Below, piece by piece: positions 63,146-64,000 of a stretch of DNA of 64,000 nucleotides. The notes below the pieces were generated by a model. That model saw only the letters and a list, made by a program, of their open reading frames with translations, was not told the origin of the DNA and searched no databases. The stretch's first letter is position 1, and each line of letters opens with the position of its first letter. The stretch comes from Eledone cirrhosa (taxonomy: Eukaryota): assembly GCA_964016885.1 (NCBI GenBank), contig OZ024743.1, forward strand, positions 185,008,001 through 185,072,000. Direction: 5' to 3'. The position numbers and the translations under genes were made by a program.

Positions 63146-64000
63146 CTAAAATGAGAGAAAATCATTTAAGACATGAAAAAATGTTTTTTAAATTAGTGTT
63201 TGGCATCTTTGATTAATCAAGAATCCTAGATCTGAAGTTCACCATTATTGTACCATGCACTGTTTGGATGATAGTGGAATGTGAATAATGAAGGAAGAAA
63301 GCTTGTAAATGCTAAAGGTGTTAAATGTTCATATGAAAAAAAAGATTGGGCCAAGGAAACTGTTTCCATTGCTGATATCTAAACCTTTAAATAGCTTTAG
63401 AATAAAAATGGACTGTCATGGTTATAATTCTGACCAATAGTATTATGGCTTACATGTGAATAGTTTAGCTGGTTTCCCAGAAAGTTGCATCCCATAGGAA
63501 GTTTTAACTCTTAACATCCTGTAATGATTCAATAAAACATCTAAAAACAGGTTTGTTAATTCAAATGTTTATAATATCTTTACTTGTGAACAGATCATTG
63601 TGAAAATTTGCAGTATTAGAATAAAGACTTAATACCAGAATGTCTTGCTGATGCAATTTCATGTGGTACAGAGTGTTAAAAGTTAATGATAGCAGCCCCA
63701 GTCCTATTATGTCCCCATATTGTGGTAACATGGTAGGATTTGAACTCAAAAGATGCAAAGCTGGATCAGATACCACACATCCTGTGCAAACTTTAACACT
63801 TCTGCTAATCCACCACACTTGGATTGGCATTTTGTTGATCTCAAAAGGTTGAAAGGCAAAGTTAGTTTCACTGGGATTTGAGGTCAACTTTTGGAGAGAA
63901 GTTATTTAGCGCCAGGTCAGTCATAATGAAAATCTACAATAAAAACGTTCCATGTGAAACACTGCCTTTTTTTTTCAGATGTATCTTAGAATATGTTATT

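Overview
AT-rich, repeat-dense eukaryotic (metazoan) genomic DNA. The SINE/RTE repertoire and huge (TA)n tracts suggest a cephalopod such as Octopus (inference). Two spliced genes converge. On the + strand is an unnamed gene: probable non-coding exons near 2.1 kb and 13.55-13.65 kb, and coding exons 19342-19831, 24648-24933, 25615-25806 and 26472-26999. It encodes about 498 aa with a highly basic ~21-aa repeat region, and its last exon has an apparent 1-nt frameshift. On the - strand is protein disulfide-isomerase A6 (PDIA6/P5): 11 exons from 63145 to 49655, two WCGHC sites and a C-terminal KTEL, with exon 1 beyond the window. The rest is transposon-derived: RTE LINEs carrying a PHD finger, Expander-like RTEs, a young CR1/L2-group LINE family with a G_GGA_AAC slippery site at the ORF1/ORF2 junction, a CRE-like LINE relic, mariners, a non-autonomous Helitron, TTAA-type MITEs and several SINE families. 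There are also two degenerate hammerhead-like (Penelope/retrozyme-like) motifs, foldback elements and a ~8.7-kb strand-asymmetric (TA)n/TG array containing a 200-N gap. No prokaryotic features or CRISPR arrays were seen.
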